The notes under the pieces were generated by a model, which worked only from the letters and a program-made list of their open reading frames with translations, made no database searches and had not been told where the DNA came from. A program made the position numbers and the translations under genes. A stretch of DNA of 64,000 nt from the NCBI GenBank assembly GCA_010015585.1, contig ML975151.1. One strand, written 5' to 3'. How positions within the stretch are numbered: position 1 is the stretch's first letter; each line of letters begins with the position of its first letter. The DNA comes from Eremomyces bilateralis CBS 781.70 (Eukaryota). Shown in pieces: positions 26,739-40,206 of this stretch.

Positions 26739-28177
26739 GATGCTGAGTAAAGATGATGTTGGAGAGACAGGATTGACAAAACAGTACTCAGGAAGCAGAA
26801 TAGAGCCTTGACAGCTCCTATTTGAATAGTGGACTTGGATGATCGTGATAATGGTGAAATCTGAAAGTGCGCTTGTCTGCGATCATAAACTTCCATCTTG
26901 AACGTCAAAAGTTTGATCCTTTTATACCCGCGATGGCCATCTCGAGCATTCGAGAGCTGAGGTGTTAATGCTGTACGATGTCAATTGTGATAAACCTCAA
27001 ATTTAACGATCATCCAATCTGGGCTTAAGCCTCTGGGATTCATCTTGACAACCCCATGAATACGACAATTGCGATCTAAATTTGCAACTGCCCCTTAGCC
27101 ATGATACCAATGTTCCTAAATCTTCTCATGGAAGTTCCACGATGCGCCAAGGCATCGTGTCCTCCTGGCCAGTGAGTATCCCAAGACGTTGAGCGTAGCT
27201 AAGGTTGAAGGTAGCACATAAGCGCCATGTTCCACGAAAACGATATGGCTGTGAAACGTGGTAAAGATTAGAAACCGACAGGAAGGGGGGTTTATATCAA
27301 TATAGATGCTAATAGGACGCAGGCAAACCGACAGACTTTGAAAGGTGATATAAAATGTCTCAGCGTAACAACAAAGGAGAAGAAACATTAGCCGCAAAGA
27401 CGGGAGATACGAAGGCTGTGTATAGAAGTTGTCCAACCGAAGTGCAGATTCCAGCAAAATCGTCTGCCATCGTGGCAGGGAGGATTTGAGTCCCTATTGG
27501 AATGCCGATATCAGCTTCGAGGCTGAGAGGCCAGCCCAGACACCTGCATAAACCATATTGGTCTCTCCATCGGCCAATTAAATGGCGCGTGCGTGAACGA
27601 CAGGAGTGGATAATAGAGAGCGGTCGTAGTTCTATTCGATTTTTAGTCTACGATACGGTAATGACGGACATTTGCTGATGGACGCTCTATGTTGTTTTTT
27701 ATAGAAGTTGGGTAGTTAGTTAACTACTAACTTACATATTTAGAAGTAAGAAAGGCATGCGATGCACCGAATGTTTACTATCAGTCCAGAGGGGTTTTAT
27801 AGTGATGCAGTCTGAGAAAACAGTTGTCGGAACATCATACCGTGTCTAGACGAGCAGAGAAGAGAAACGGGAAAGCGGTAGACGTCCACAGCAGTACTGG
27901 AGTCACCGACAATCCACAGCATTCACAAACAGTCATGTCAATCCCGTAGGAGCCAAGCTGTACTAATACCATTCTGTTGACTACAGCACTCGACTTGATC
28001 ACGTTGTTCCAAGGTTTGCTGCATCCAGGATTGGAACATCTGGTTCGAGTATGCATAATGCAATGGTGCTAAGTGATTAGGACATGACCTCGAAAGGCGA
28101 ACATGAAAAAGAAAGACAGTACTTGCCCAAAATGGGCCGTTCGTGCGAAGATATTTTAAAGGAGCGTCGATCTGCAC

Positions 28178-28989
28178 TCAATCCACGTCACCAAGCGGCG
28201 CACCGTCACTCCTGTGACTGATATCTCGACTGTCCTCGAAACGCATGGAACCATCATCTTCAGCAGCGTCATCATCACTTTCTTCTTCAGTCTCCCAATG
28301 GGAATTTTCGCCCCTAGCTGCTTCGTCTTGGATGTTCATTGCTTCAACATATCTTTGCGGCTCGGGGTTTGTAGAATCCGCCGTCTGTGGTGCATGGTGG
28401 TTGAAGTGCGAAGTACTGAGATTCTATCCAATTGTCAGAGAACGTTCTTATAAGGCGTTTAGGAATGAACCAGTGCAGTGACATACGTCGGGGTTTTCGT
28501 TCGCGTATTCAGGTTGATGATCATATACTCCTTCATCGCCATTTGTGGTTGGAGCATTTTCTTCAGGTTCCGTTTCCTCATCGACCTCTGGATCGTGGGA
28601 TTCTTGACTAGGTGTACCGTACACATACAGTACCGCCCCGTTAGAGCTCGGTATACTAAACTCTATGGTCAGGTTAGCTTCTTCGTAGTCGCCTTGGAGA
28701 CCTTTAGGATATCTTGCCGTGATAGGTTGTTGGAGCGCCGTCTCCCCCAGTCGGATCTTGAGGATGCGTCTCGCCGCGTCCGCCATCTTGTGAAAGACCT
28801 GTCCCAGTCAGACGGGTTCAAACCTGCGTTCAACTGTGGAATAATACCTGCCACTCCATTTGGCGTATCCTGCTCATCAACGCCACCGTTCACATTATTG
28901 ATCTCCCGATCAGCCCAAACACTAGAGAACCGGGTCGCATTATCATCACTATCGGAGGACCAGTTTCTGTCTCCCTGTTCGTCAGCCAT
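28178..28989 (-). CDS. Acidic, low-complexity hypothetical protein (4-exon model)
   Basis: ATG 28989; three introns with branch sites and consistent phases (one GC-AG, 28717-28663) join D/E-rich frames ending ...GAPLGDVD*. Confidence 0.45.
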
Positions 28990-30868
28990 GGAAATGTATT
29001 AAGTAAGGTAGATAAAGTAGCGAGACAAGTGTAAAAGCGAACAGAGAAAGGAATGCGGACTGCTTCCTTGTGTTTGCACGGGGAGGGGTTGATGACCATG
29101 TAGGGACTTACCGCCGATAATGAGACTCAAATAGGCCACGGAGGTCGAACAAGGCGCTACCAAGGCAGTTTGAAGGCATTCACCTAGGCAAACATGCCAT
29201 AAATGAAAAGGAATAGCTTGGTGTAACTTCCCAGCATAAACTCGAGATTTGTAAGGGCCTGCTTTGCGAAAGCGTGCGGGCCTGCTTGTCGTCGACCGTT
29301 CGATTCGCCGCCCGGTCCTGACCGTGGCCGATGGTTTTGATCGCGCGATCACTCCGTCTCTCTAGACTAGCAGGTCCCATAGATATATCGTTACGTGGCA
29401 TCGTATGTAAGGATATGTGTCAGGGGACAGGCGAGCGTAAGGGTTATTGTTGTTTCAATCCGAGAATGCCTAGCGGAATAGCCCCTGAGGGAGAGGCGGT
29501 GGGAGAAGGCAATAGAATGACCGGGATTTGGTTCGCCTTGCGAAGTGAATTCGGGCTTCACTGGATATCAGTCAGGATGCCTTCTTTGTAGCTTGTGATC
29601 CACGGGTTGTGATCCAGGTTGCTTTTAGAACTGGCAAATGTACGCATGAATACCTTCGTAGAGCTCCATTTAGATGTAGGTGGGTTTAAAACGACCCTTT
29701 CGAACTCAATTATAATCGCATTGGAGCGCTCGAATCTGTGGTGACAGATCTCCTCATCGGACCGGTCGAGCTCCATAAACGATAATATGATCGATTGCGT
29801 ACGAGACCCCTCACGCTGCTGTGAGGCCGCCTATCGAATCTCCGGTAACGGAGCCGCAGGCCCATGGTCGGGTCACCTGCCTCAAGAAAAGCAAGATGAA
29901 TGACTAGTGGTGAAAAGTGTATGATTGGGAAAACTCTTAGGTAGTAAGTATGAATTAAAGATTCCATCGACTCAGGCTCCAACAGCCAAATTACGGAAAA
30001 GGGAAGGTTTAAGAACAGCTCCTCGCGAAATGGAGATATGCACATGGCCAACTTTGCTTTTGCAGCTTAGACGCTCACGGCAGTTGTAGTATGCCTTAGT
30101 TTCAAGCCAGAGCCACACCTGCCCAAGATGCTGGTAACATTTCCTAGCAATCCAAGGGCATAGCAGACTAGAAGTGTCAGAGGGCTGTCACCAAATAGCC
30201 CTGAACCTTGGGATACGAGTAATCCTTGCGTGCCTATCGTTGAAGTCATTTGCGATGGATGTACTGGGGATTGACGACAATTCTGTGGTGCTTCGGTCAT
30301 TAACCATCGTCCGGAGTGCTGGAGAATGCTGACGAAAAGGCTTTTGGACTTCATATACGAGACGGTGATCTGCAGCAATGGTACTCGACTTATGAGAATG
30401 GAAAATTGAACATAGCCTAGTGGTCTATGATAATCAGTACTAAAACGTGGCTAGAACTATCAATTGCTGACTTTCGTGATTAGGGCGGAGGGTGTTAAAG
30501 GACAATATGCAGACACTTACATCAACTGCCAATGCAGGGCATTTTGTATTATCCCCGTCAAACATGTATTACAGGCCTTTCGGATTCCCAATGCGTGTAA
30601 AGTCGGCTCTCTAAAGGACGGTTGCAAGGCATCGTAGCTCACGATGCCATTGGGCTATATAGTATACCCAGAGATGGCATAGTGGGATGCGGGATTAATA
30701 GCGACGCTCGGGGACGGCTCTCATGCAAAAATATATAGCTTGAGAGTGAATGCAACGACTCATATTCCGGGTATCTGCGGACACACTCTAATTTTCCGTT
30801 CCAGACTCCATAAACGACAGCAACTTTTCGCCTCGTCTCATCGCCTCGTCTCAGCATAATGGTAGGAG

Positions 30869-32118
<1,250 letters not shown>

Positions 32119-32285
32119 GTTACGTATCCGCTCGGTGCAATTGGGGAATAAGAAGTTCGGAGGATGTCCAATTGTCAATTCTTCGCGATGAGGAAGTATT
32201 CGAATGGTAGAATGCACGCCGGAGAAGAAAAGGCGATCTAGGACTGAGGTGTGCAGAGGAATAGTCCAAATGACTGTTCACATTC

Positions 32286-32292
32286 GAGTCAT
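32286..32292 (-). promoter_or_regulatory. Gcn4/CpcA-type site (ATGACTC) upstream of ARO3
   Basis: GAGTCAT on the + strand about 170 nt upstream of an amino-acid biosynthesis gene. Confidence 0.45.
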
Positions 32293-32541
32293 AAATTCTT
32301 CTTGCTTGCCCCAGTTTCTACCCCAAATTCCATATTGTGGTCTGGACTGTGGTTGGGCAGCCCATTGGCGCCAGTCACGCATTTTAATACTGCGGTTGGA
32401 ATTTCATTGAACGTCACCGCCTCGACTAACTATTGACACTCACCGCTTTGGCAGTGATTAACTCGAAACTCGAAACTGAATATTCATGAACCCGAGGTTA
32501 GCTTCAATGGATGTCTCCTGATGGCCCTTGGGTAGCTCGGA

Positions 32542-34871
32542 CTACCCGATGAAAAGGTTGGATCCAGGAAGCTGCCAACTCATCTTCCCCGTTCGCCAGA
32601 CGTCCTGAAGTAGCTCTCGCGCCTTTTGGACCTAGAGTTTTCGTCAGCATATGATGGCATCATAAACAGTCATCGTCATACATGACTGAACCCGAAACTT
32701 TCACAATTGTGCAGCCTTCCAAGAATGGTGTGACGATGAGCATCCTGAAGCGCCGCTTCGCCCCCGACAAATATCGGGAAAAGGATACACGCCTCTACCG
32801 ACCCTCCTTTCCGGATCTTTGATAGGGAATTGACAATTCCCTGCACGGCTTCTTGGGTCTCGTTTACTGATATTGGCTTTCCCAACACACGAGTGTAGAG
32901 CTGGATCAGCCCAGCCCAGTGGAACGCTTCGTTAGCAGCCACCATCTCTATTGACCCGTCATGCTCGCCGCCTGCTGTTGAGCAGGAATCAGACCAACTG
33001 CAAGGCCGACATGACTGCTTAATACCTGCCAAAAGTTCGTCTTTGATGATCATGGAGGTCTCCATTAGGTCGGCAGAATCAACCGTGCCAGAATCATTCG
33101 CTCGAGCCAGTTCGGCAATGTTTGCGAGGTTGTTGAGATAGCGACTATCGAATCCAAAGAGGCAGTCAATGTAATCTTTTTCGAACTCATATGCTTCCGA
33201 CCAATATTTCGCGGGCAGCGTAGACTCGCGCCTCGTACCATCCGTCAGGCTGCCTATAACATCGAGATAGGCGAACCATCGGAGCAGGAAGTTGGAGACA
33301 TTGTCGCGGCCGGAAGTGTTCAGGCTTTCTCGAAGAAGGACCATTTGCCGTGCAACATTCAAATGAGTTTGCCATGGGATGGTGACTCCGAATGTGCTGG
33401 GAGAGATGATCTGCAGTGACGCAAGCATTATCGCGGTAGCTAGGCAGCTGTCCGACACATGTGAAGCGGCATTCACAATATCTTGTTGGAGTTTCGGGAA
33501 AATCCCGTCCATAAGCATCGCAATCCGCGTGTGTGGTTCTGTGTGTCCTAGAAGTCGCGCTCGATGGCTGGCCGAATACGCTAGGAGAAGGTTCAGCAAA
33601 TATCGATCTCGGATCGCCATTTGAGGGAGAAGGTAGCGAAACGGATTCAGCGAGCAGTCATGCGGCACCAGGGCTCGAGCAGTGTGGTTGATGAAGTGAT
33701 GGAAATAAAGGAGGTGCATAGGATTCTCCGTCAAACTAGTCGGAAGAGGTTGAAGGGCTGCCGGTATTGTAATCGGGACCGGTGAGGAGTAATAACCTCC
33801 AGGTGAAAAGGCGAGCGACTTGTCCGCATCGTTCATGAGTGACCGTGGCCTCATAGACTTGGGATTGAAATGGATCGGTCTTGGAAATAGGCAGAAATCC
33901 CTAATCGCTTCGCCATCGTCATTCTTGGGCCGGTCACGATCCGGTTCTCCTATATCATATCCGTAAGCGTATATGGATGGTGCTTCAGGAGAGCTCGGTC
34001 TTGAGGTTCCTGCCTGTACAGCATCTGGATCGAATGACTCGCGAACCGGACTGGAGAGGAGAGAGCTAATCTCCATCCGTCGGGATCGTGAGGTTCGAGG
34101 ACTCCCCACGCTTTCAGAGATGGACGTCCTGGATGTTGTATCGTCGGAGGTACTGGTCGATTTTGGAGTGCGGGGTAAAGGTAGAAACGCCTTGAGTGGT
34201 GGAGGGCATGGTAAGATCGGATATGGCGGCGTGGGATCATCATTTGCCGAAACCTTGGTAGGTATGGTATCGTGGGTTGTCCAAGAACGCTGGCCATGCT
34301 GTCCAATGGATAGCACGGTCTCAACATCTCCGCCGTATATTGGATCAGACTTTTGGTTCGGAGAATGAGATGAATCGGCAATCCATAAGGACCCCTCTTT
34401 TGACATCAACGATGGACGAGAGAGTGTCAATCCTACATCCAGGGCACCAGGGCGTGAGGCAGATATAGCCGTACCCAAATCGATCACAACTTCCGAGCTC
34501 TTTGCATAGTTGCTATTCCTCTGCATATTGGATTTGGTGATAGAGGATGCTTCGACTTGGAACCTTTTCTTGGACCTTCCCTCCCAATTCAAGCGGACGC
34601 TATAGTCACAGGTATCGTTGACCCGTTGGCAATTCCCGCAAACTGGCTTCTCTTCACCGCTATCTAAGTCAGTACTGTAATAAATTCCCGCCATTTTTAG
34701 TCATAGTAGATCAGGACCAAACCATTTTATCTTTCTCGCTTTGCATGGCCTATCAAATAACGTCAGCCTTGGGTGTAATGTTTACTGTTGGGGTTCAATC
34801 CGAGTATACCAGCAACCAAATCGACTCCTTGTCTTCCGCTTTCGACTTGTATCAGCTTGCGCTTCCGCCAT
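32542..34871 (-). CDS. Zn(II)2Cys6 transcription factor with Fungal_trans_2-type domain
   Basis: Spliced RSRFGCWPCKARKIKCGEEKPVCGNCQRVNDTCDY cluster; LLYFHHFINHTA, LLAYSASHRA, WFAYLDVIGSL, ILFPIFVGG; 3 introns. Confidence 0.9.
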
Positions 34872-36385
34872 CCTGGAAGAATATAACCGATAAGTATACT
34901 TTGTAAGACTTGCCGTCCCAAGTTTTAGAAGCTTACTGACCTTGGTCGTTGATTCTGGCTATCGAGGTGTTGAGATCGGACTAGCATGATGGTCCAATCA
35001 CACAGCCTGGGCGATTACGCCTCTTCCTTTTCGCTGATGGAGCCACGACTCGTGTTTCTAACTTTCTTCCACCCCTCCCTCGGGTCAACTTCTGCATTGG
35101 TTTGGGCGGTCACGAAATTCACCCATGTTGTGCATGAAATGATTTCGGGTGGTGGACACTTCCGTGACATCTCGTTCTTCGGTTTAATCTGGAATGGTAA
35201 CGTAGTGCTGCGTATCGGTATTGGAATTCCGTGATGGAAGAGGTCCGAGATGAGCAATGGTGAAGTCTTCCTTCAGCAAGAAAATAGTCACACGGCGGTA
35301 ATATAGCCAGGATATATAGGAGGTGCGGAGGATGTCTGTCAGGTACAATATGCGTCCCTAACGCTCGATGCGATGGCCGTATTCTTCTCCCACCTTCCTT
35401 GAGTTCCGCTGGCACACATTCTATCACAGTTCCAAGGTTGATCGCTGGGAAAGGGGGGAGTCATTGCAGTATAAAATCTCAATCCTACCAAAAGAGACAT
35501 CATTTTGCTCGAGGCTTCAAGAACCGATTACCGCACATACACGACCTTGTCGATTGCTATATCGCCAACAAGACCGTGGAACCAGTACCTGCCAGTCAAT
35601 TGCTTAGAGGTCCTGACCTCCTCTGACCTCTCTCACCTCACTTCTGCTAGTCAGTCGTGCAGATTTTTACTCTTGCGGACATCAGTCGCCAAACAGTGAC
35701 GGCGGACACCACTGTCGAACTCTAAATGGTTGGGCATCTTGCAGTTTAGTCGATACAGGCACTGATTATCGATTCTGGAAATTCTTCGAATCGATCATTT
35801 ACTAGGTGAAGCTGATTGAGAAACGTGTGAATTTCATTTGCTGCCGAAAACTGAGACTAACTAAGGTACTGTGAGTGGACATCCTTACCGACTGGTTCCC
35901 ATTTGATGCTCTAAGAAATCGCGAGACATATGTGTCGTTCTAGTTGATATCCATATCTCTCACCTCCTGATTTTTCCTAGTCTTTGACATTCATATTTCA
36001 ACGTCTGTTCCATTTTAGAATAAGCTTATCTGTGCTTCCCTGTCACCTGGACTTGAAATGAACATCCTGCTCGTCCGGCCTCCTTCACTACACTCCGACA
36101 TTACACTGATCAACCATGCTTAACAGCTCTCAGTGATATTTCAAGCTCCCAGTCAATCTTAAATGCACATTCTATTCCCAATGCCACTGTGCGTTGAGAT
36201 CTGAAGTTACTGATTCATAACTGAAGGCACTGGTTGACAAGGTGTCAGATGATTCTTCCAACTGATTCATAACAGGAACCTATTCGACTCGTTCCCATGG
36301 CAAACATGGAGGAAACCCATCATTGTCCTGTGCCTTGTTCCCCACCGAACTCTAACAGAGGAAAGAGACCCATGTTTTCCAAGTC

Positions 36386-37642
36386 ATGCGGAAGTTTTCT
36401 AACGAGTGTCATGAGAGCGAGGAGAATGAACGTCAAGGATTAAAGACGCAACTGTGTGACATTTTCCGTCGACTCCATGATACTGAACAAAGCATCTTGC
36501 GCCTCGAGCGACGTAATATTGCTTTGGAAGATCACATATACCGCTTGGTCTCTGAATTAAGTCGTCCGAAGGAGGGTATCGAGTTGCCGGACCCTGCTCA
36601 CCGGAACCACGTTCATAATTCCCACACACTAGAAAACGAGTCCTCCACAGTCAGTGGAAGTACATCTCTCGGAGAAGGCACTCCCTCGTCTTCTAGAGTC
36701 TCGTCCTCACCTGTGGAAGGAGAATCAAGTCCAGCTTAAGTGTCACGTTGTCGAGAACAGAGTGTGGATTACCTCTAATCTTGAGCGATGAAGACGATTC
36801 CATTTCTTCTTTCAAGTCCGACGAAAACATCAATGACGTCCCGGGGGAGCGACAGTGTGACGGAATCATCCATCGCTACCTAGATTCACCGACTGATGCT
36901 AAATCCACCAACCACTCCGTTATTCATCATGCTTCAGGTGCCCTAGTCAACCAGGAACCACTTATTGACATTGACAACGCAACCTTTTGTCTAACATATC
37001 ATGACCAGCAACTTGACGCTCAAAGGCCACGAGAGACCATGTCAGCGGAAAGTCACAGCGAGGCCTCTATCCGACCGAAACTCCAACTCGAACCTCTGCG
37101 TCCAGACCCCACAATGGATCACACGTTTGGCGAACCGCGGACGAAACCCTCTCCAAATACTTCCAATACTTCTCAAGGTTCCTCGCAAGATATCACAGTC
37201 CGCTTTGAGCCTAGTCCCGAGGTGCCACGCGGAATCGAGCTACAGCGGGTTACCAACGCCGCGGTGGCCCAGTTATTTCTGCTGAGTTGCTGGACACACT
37301 CCCGATCACTGGGTTCATGACAGCACGGATTGTGTGGGCAAGTCAAGCCGATGAAGAGTCGTTCCGCGCCCATATTTCGAAAAACCCGATGACTTTCGAC
37401 GGCAACCGGACTTTACTGATATTCGATGCAAGGAGTGGCTAGGCAGATTTGTGGTTATGCATCGGAACGTCATCGAAGGCATTCACATCTCACATTATCG
37501 AAGAGCGGCACGGATTAGGTTCTGCCGCTTGCAGGTGGCGGTTTCAGTTTACCATCGGATGGTCGCTTCAGATATATCCCATCGCTATGGCATGGAGCTG
37601 AAGTTTGGCCATGACATCTGCGCGAAGCACTATTGGATCTAA
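36386..37642 (+). pseudogene. Decayed gene with coiled-coil N-terminus and RRM-like C-terminal domains
   Basis: Fragments in different frames: VPRGIELQRVTNA / RGGPVISAELLDTLPITGFMTARIVW / ARIRFCRLQVAV..LKFGHDICA, with stops and frameshifts between them. Confidence 0.45.
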
Positions 37643-38194
37643 GCGCTGTTGTCCAGCCAAGCAAAGCAATCGGCGAGGACATTCAGGGAAAGGACATCCA
37701 AGGAAAGGACACTGGAGCTTGGCTATCGAAAGGCGAGAAAGGCGTGGCCTATCTAACGCATATTTGACAACTCGACAGTAGAATTACTCTAGAAGCCGGC
37801 CAGGCATATGAAGGGCTGATAGACTTCAATCAGTGAGAGGAGTAACTTGAATAGAATCAATTGCAACTTCTTTATGCTATAAAGACGTGATACATGGTTC
37901 TCAACACGGTAGGTAATGTAGAAACAAAAGATCCACCCCCCGCATCATAATCCCACGTTTCGTAAGGATTCTCTTCTCTTCTGTTGAAGATCGGGAGGGT
38001 GGGCCGACGTGTCGCTTCCGACTCTTCTTGGAGCCCATTCATGGAAATACCCACTATCCTTCCTCCATATTCGACGGTCGAAGGAAATACAGGTGATCCC
38101 TTTGATTATGGGAAGTCCAACGCCGTGACTCCAATGCCATGAAGAGAAGCAATAGTGTAGAGATGCCATTTGTCGCATGGACGGTTCTCCCAGC

Positions 38195-38933
38195 TCAAAA
38201 CGTCAACTTTCCGCGCTTGAGATTGAACGCTCTCTGGTCCTTCAGCCACTGCCGGTAGCCCGCCACGCTGCCGATCTTTTCACCATAATAATCCGGGACG
38301 GGATTCGACACCGATGAAGAGATTGGATCGACTCGGTATTTCTTGATGCGATTGAAGAACTCTCTTTCTTTCTGTGATGTAACTGATTAGTACGATCCTC
38401 AAGCCACGGTAGGGGATATTTACCAAAGCAAAATCGGGTAGGTATTTCCTGTACATGATATTGAATAGAGCGTTGCCAAGAAGAGGTCCTAAAAGCCAGC
38501 CGACTGCTCCCAACCCCATGGTGGAAAGGCCCATCACGATGAAGGGGTCAAGCCCGACCATTTGTGCGGCAGCCGCCTCCAGGTCTCTTGAAAGTATGAA
38601 TGAGGTGCCTCCCGTTACACATCCCACGCCAAATACCACCGAGGCGGTCAGACCGTATCTTCGTCGATGTTTTCGCAGCTCAAGGAATCGGTTCCAGGTT
38701 AACTTGGTCTCCACAGATTGGGAAGGAGGAGTCGTAGCGGATGCAGAGTATGTCCTGGTACATTGCAGAGATATCGGTCGGAAGGGCTGCTGCGATGCTT
38801 GATTGGCAGAATACGGTTGTCGTCGAATGCACGATGATCTGGAAGACAGAACCGGTCGTGCGGTTGATATGGCTTTCGCGAAATGACGGGGTGATGGCCG
38901 ACAGGCCATTGATACTGGAGTTATGGACAGCAT
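38195..38933 (-). CDS. PAM17: Mitochondrial presequence translocase-associated motor subunit Pam17
   Basis: Presequence-like N-terminus, LTWNRFLELRK, GLDPF, GWLLGP; after the intron RIKKYRVDP..SNPVPDYYGEKIGSVAGYRQWLKDQRAF. Confidence 0.95.
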
Positions 38934-39417
38934 GGTAATGATCCAGCAAGTGATTCCAGCAAGATTGATGTTGTTCTGTTCAGGTATTTCCTCTCAGTTG
39001 CATGAATCTGACTGAGTGAAGTTCTAATGATGTCCGATAGACCATGATAGAACACGAGATCACGTGAATATTAAATTCATGCCTGAGGCATCAGTAGGCA
39101 TCCAGCCCTAGTCAAATGACATCATCTCAGATCAATAATTAATGGTGTACTCCGTAACTATGTGAATGCCCGGTTCCCTGGCCCTGCAGATATACGAGAC
39201 TCATGGTAAGATTATTAATGCAGTTTGTAGCCTTAGGCTCCTATAGATTATACCTTGGTCTGCGACAATATCTCATCAGCTGTTATGGGTATGGCCCATG
39301 GTTGGCATAGGCTGAGAGCCTAAGCCTAATCAAGCCTAGTAGCGTCGAGATGGAACCTCATCAAGATTCCTCTGTCACAGATACCTTTAACTACTAGTAA
39401 ATTCGATATCAATATCT

Positions 39418-39668
39418 CAACAACCACTGGATGATATAGTCTGAATACTTAAAATTAGGTTTGCATAGCCATTTCTAGCTTACTATTGGAATCTTAGAGC
39501 TTTATCTTTTATAGTTATAGAGATATAGAGATATGGTCTCTAAATCTTGCCAGAAGTAGGTATCTCTATATCTGTAAAGGCTAGGGCTCTAAAATTTCAA
39601 TAGTAAGCTAGAAATGGCTAGGAAGACCTAATTCTAAGTTTTCAGACTATATTATCCAGTGGTTGTTG
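39418..39668. mobile_element. 251-bp foldback / MITE-like element with 108-bp inverted arms
   Basis: 39418-39525 is the reverse complement of 39561-39668 with about 14 mismatches and no gaps; AT- and TpA-rich; non-coding; no clear TSD. Confidence 0.7.
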
Positions 39669-40206
39669 TTACGGCACGGTAGCTGGATGCACACAACGTG
39701 ACAACATACACATAGCCAAAGATATTCTAGATTGAGATAAAGAGTAAAATGGGTGCGCAGCTCGCTTGTGGAATACGTTACAAGATCGAGAATCTAAGTA
39801 TAATATGCTTCCATTAGTTAAAGCCTCTCGTGCTTAGTATGCATACCAGCCCCCTTGCTATATTGACCCCTAAGGATCAGTCTTCGTCACAAGGAACAGA
39901 CGTATTTGATACAAATCTATTACTCTCCCACTCCTCACTGGCTACTTTCCTGGTTCTACGACGTGTCCTGACGCAGTCAATCCAAACTACAGAACTTTTG
40001 TGGTAGCTGGGAGTCACGACGAAATGCAAGAGCTTAGTGATTTAAAGTCCATAGAGATATTAGTTAGGACGAAATAAAGGCGAACTAGTTTGCTAATACT
40101 GGAGAATCAGACTATCGGCTCAGCTTCAACGTTTGCGCCTCGGTGAGGAAGTCCATAATTTGATAGGAAATCATTAAAATCTACACAGCTTGTTCTATAG
40201 GCTAAT

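Noticed and set aside
29300..30400. ORF fragments that might be a gene relic
   Set aside because: No recognisable family or consistent splice model
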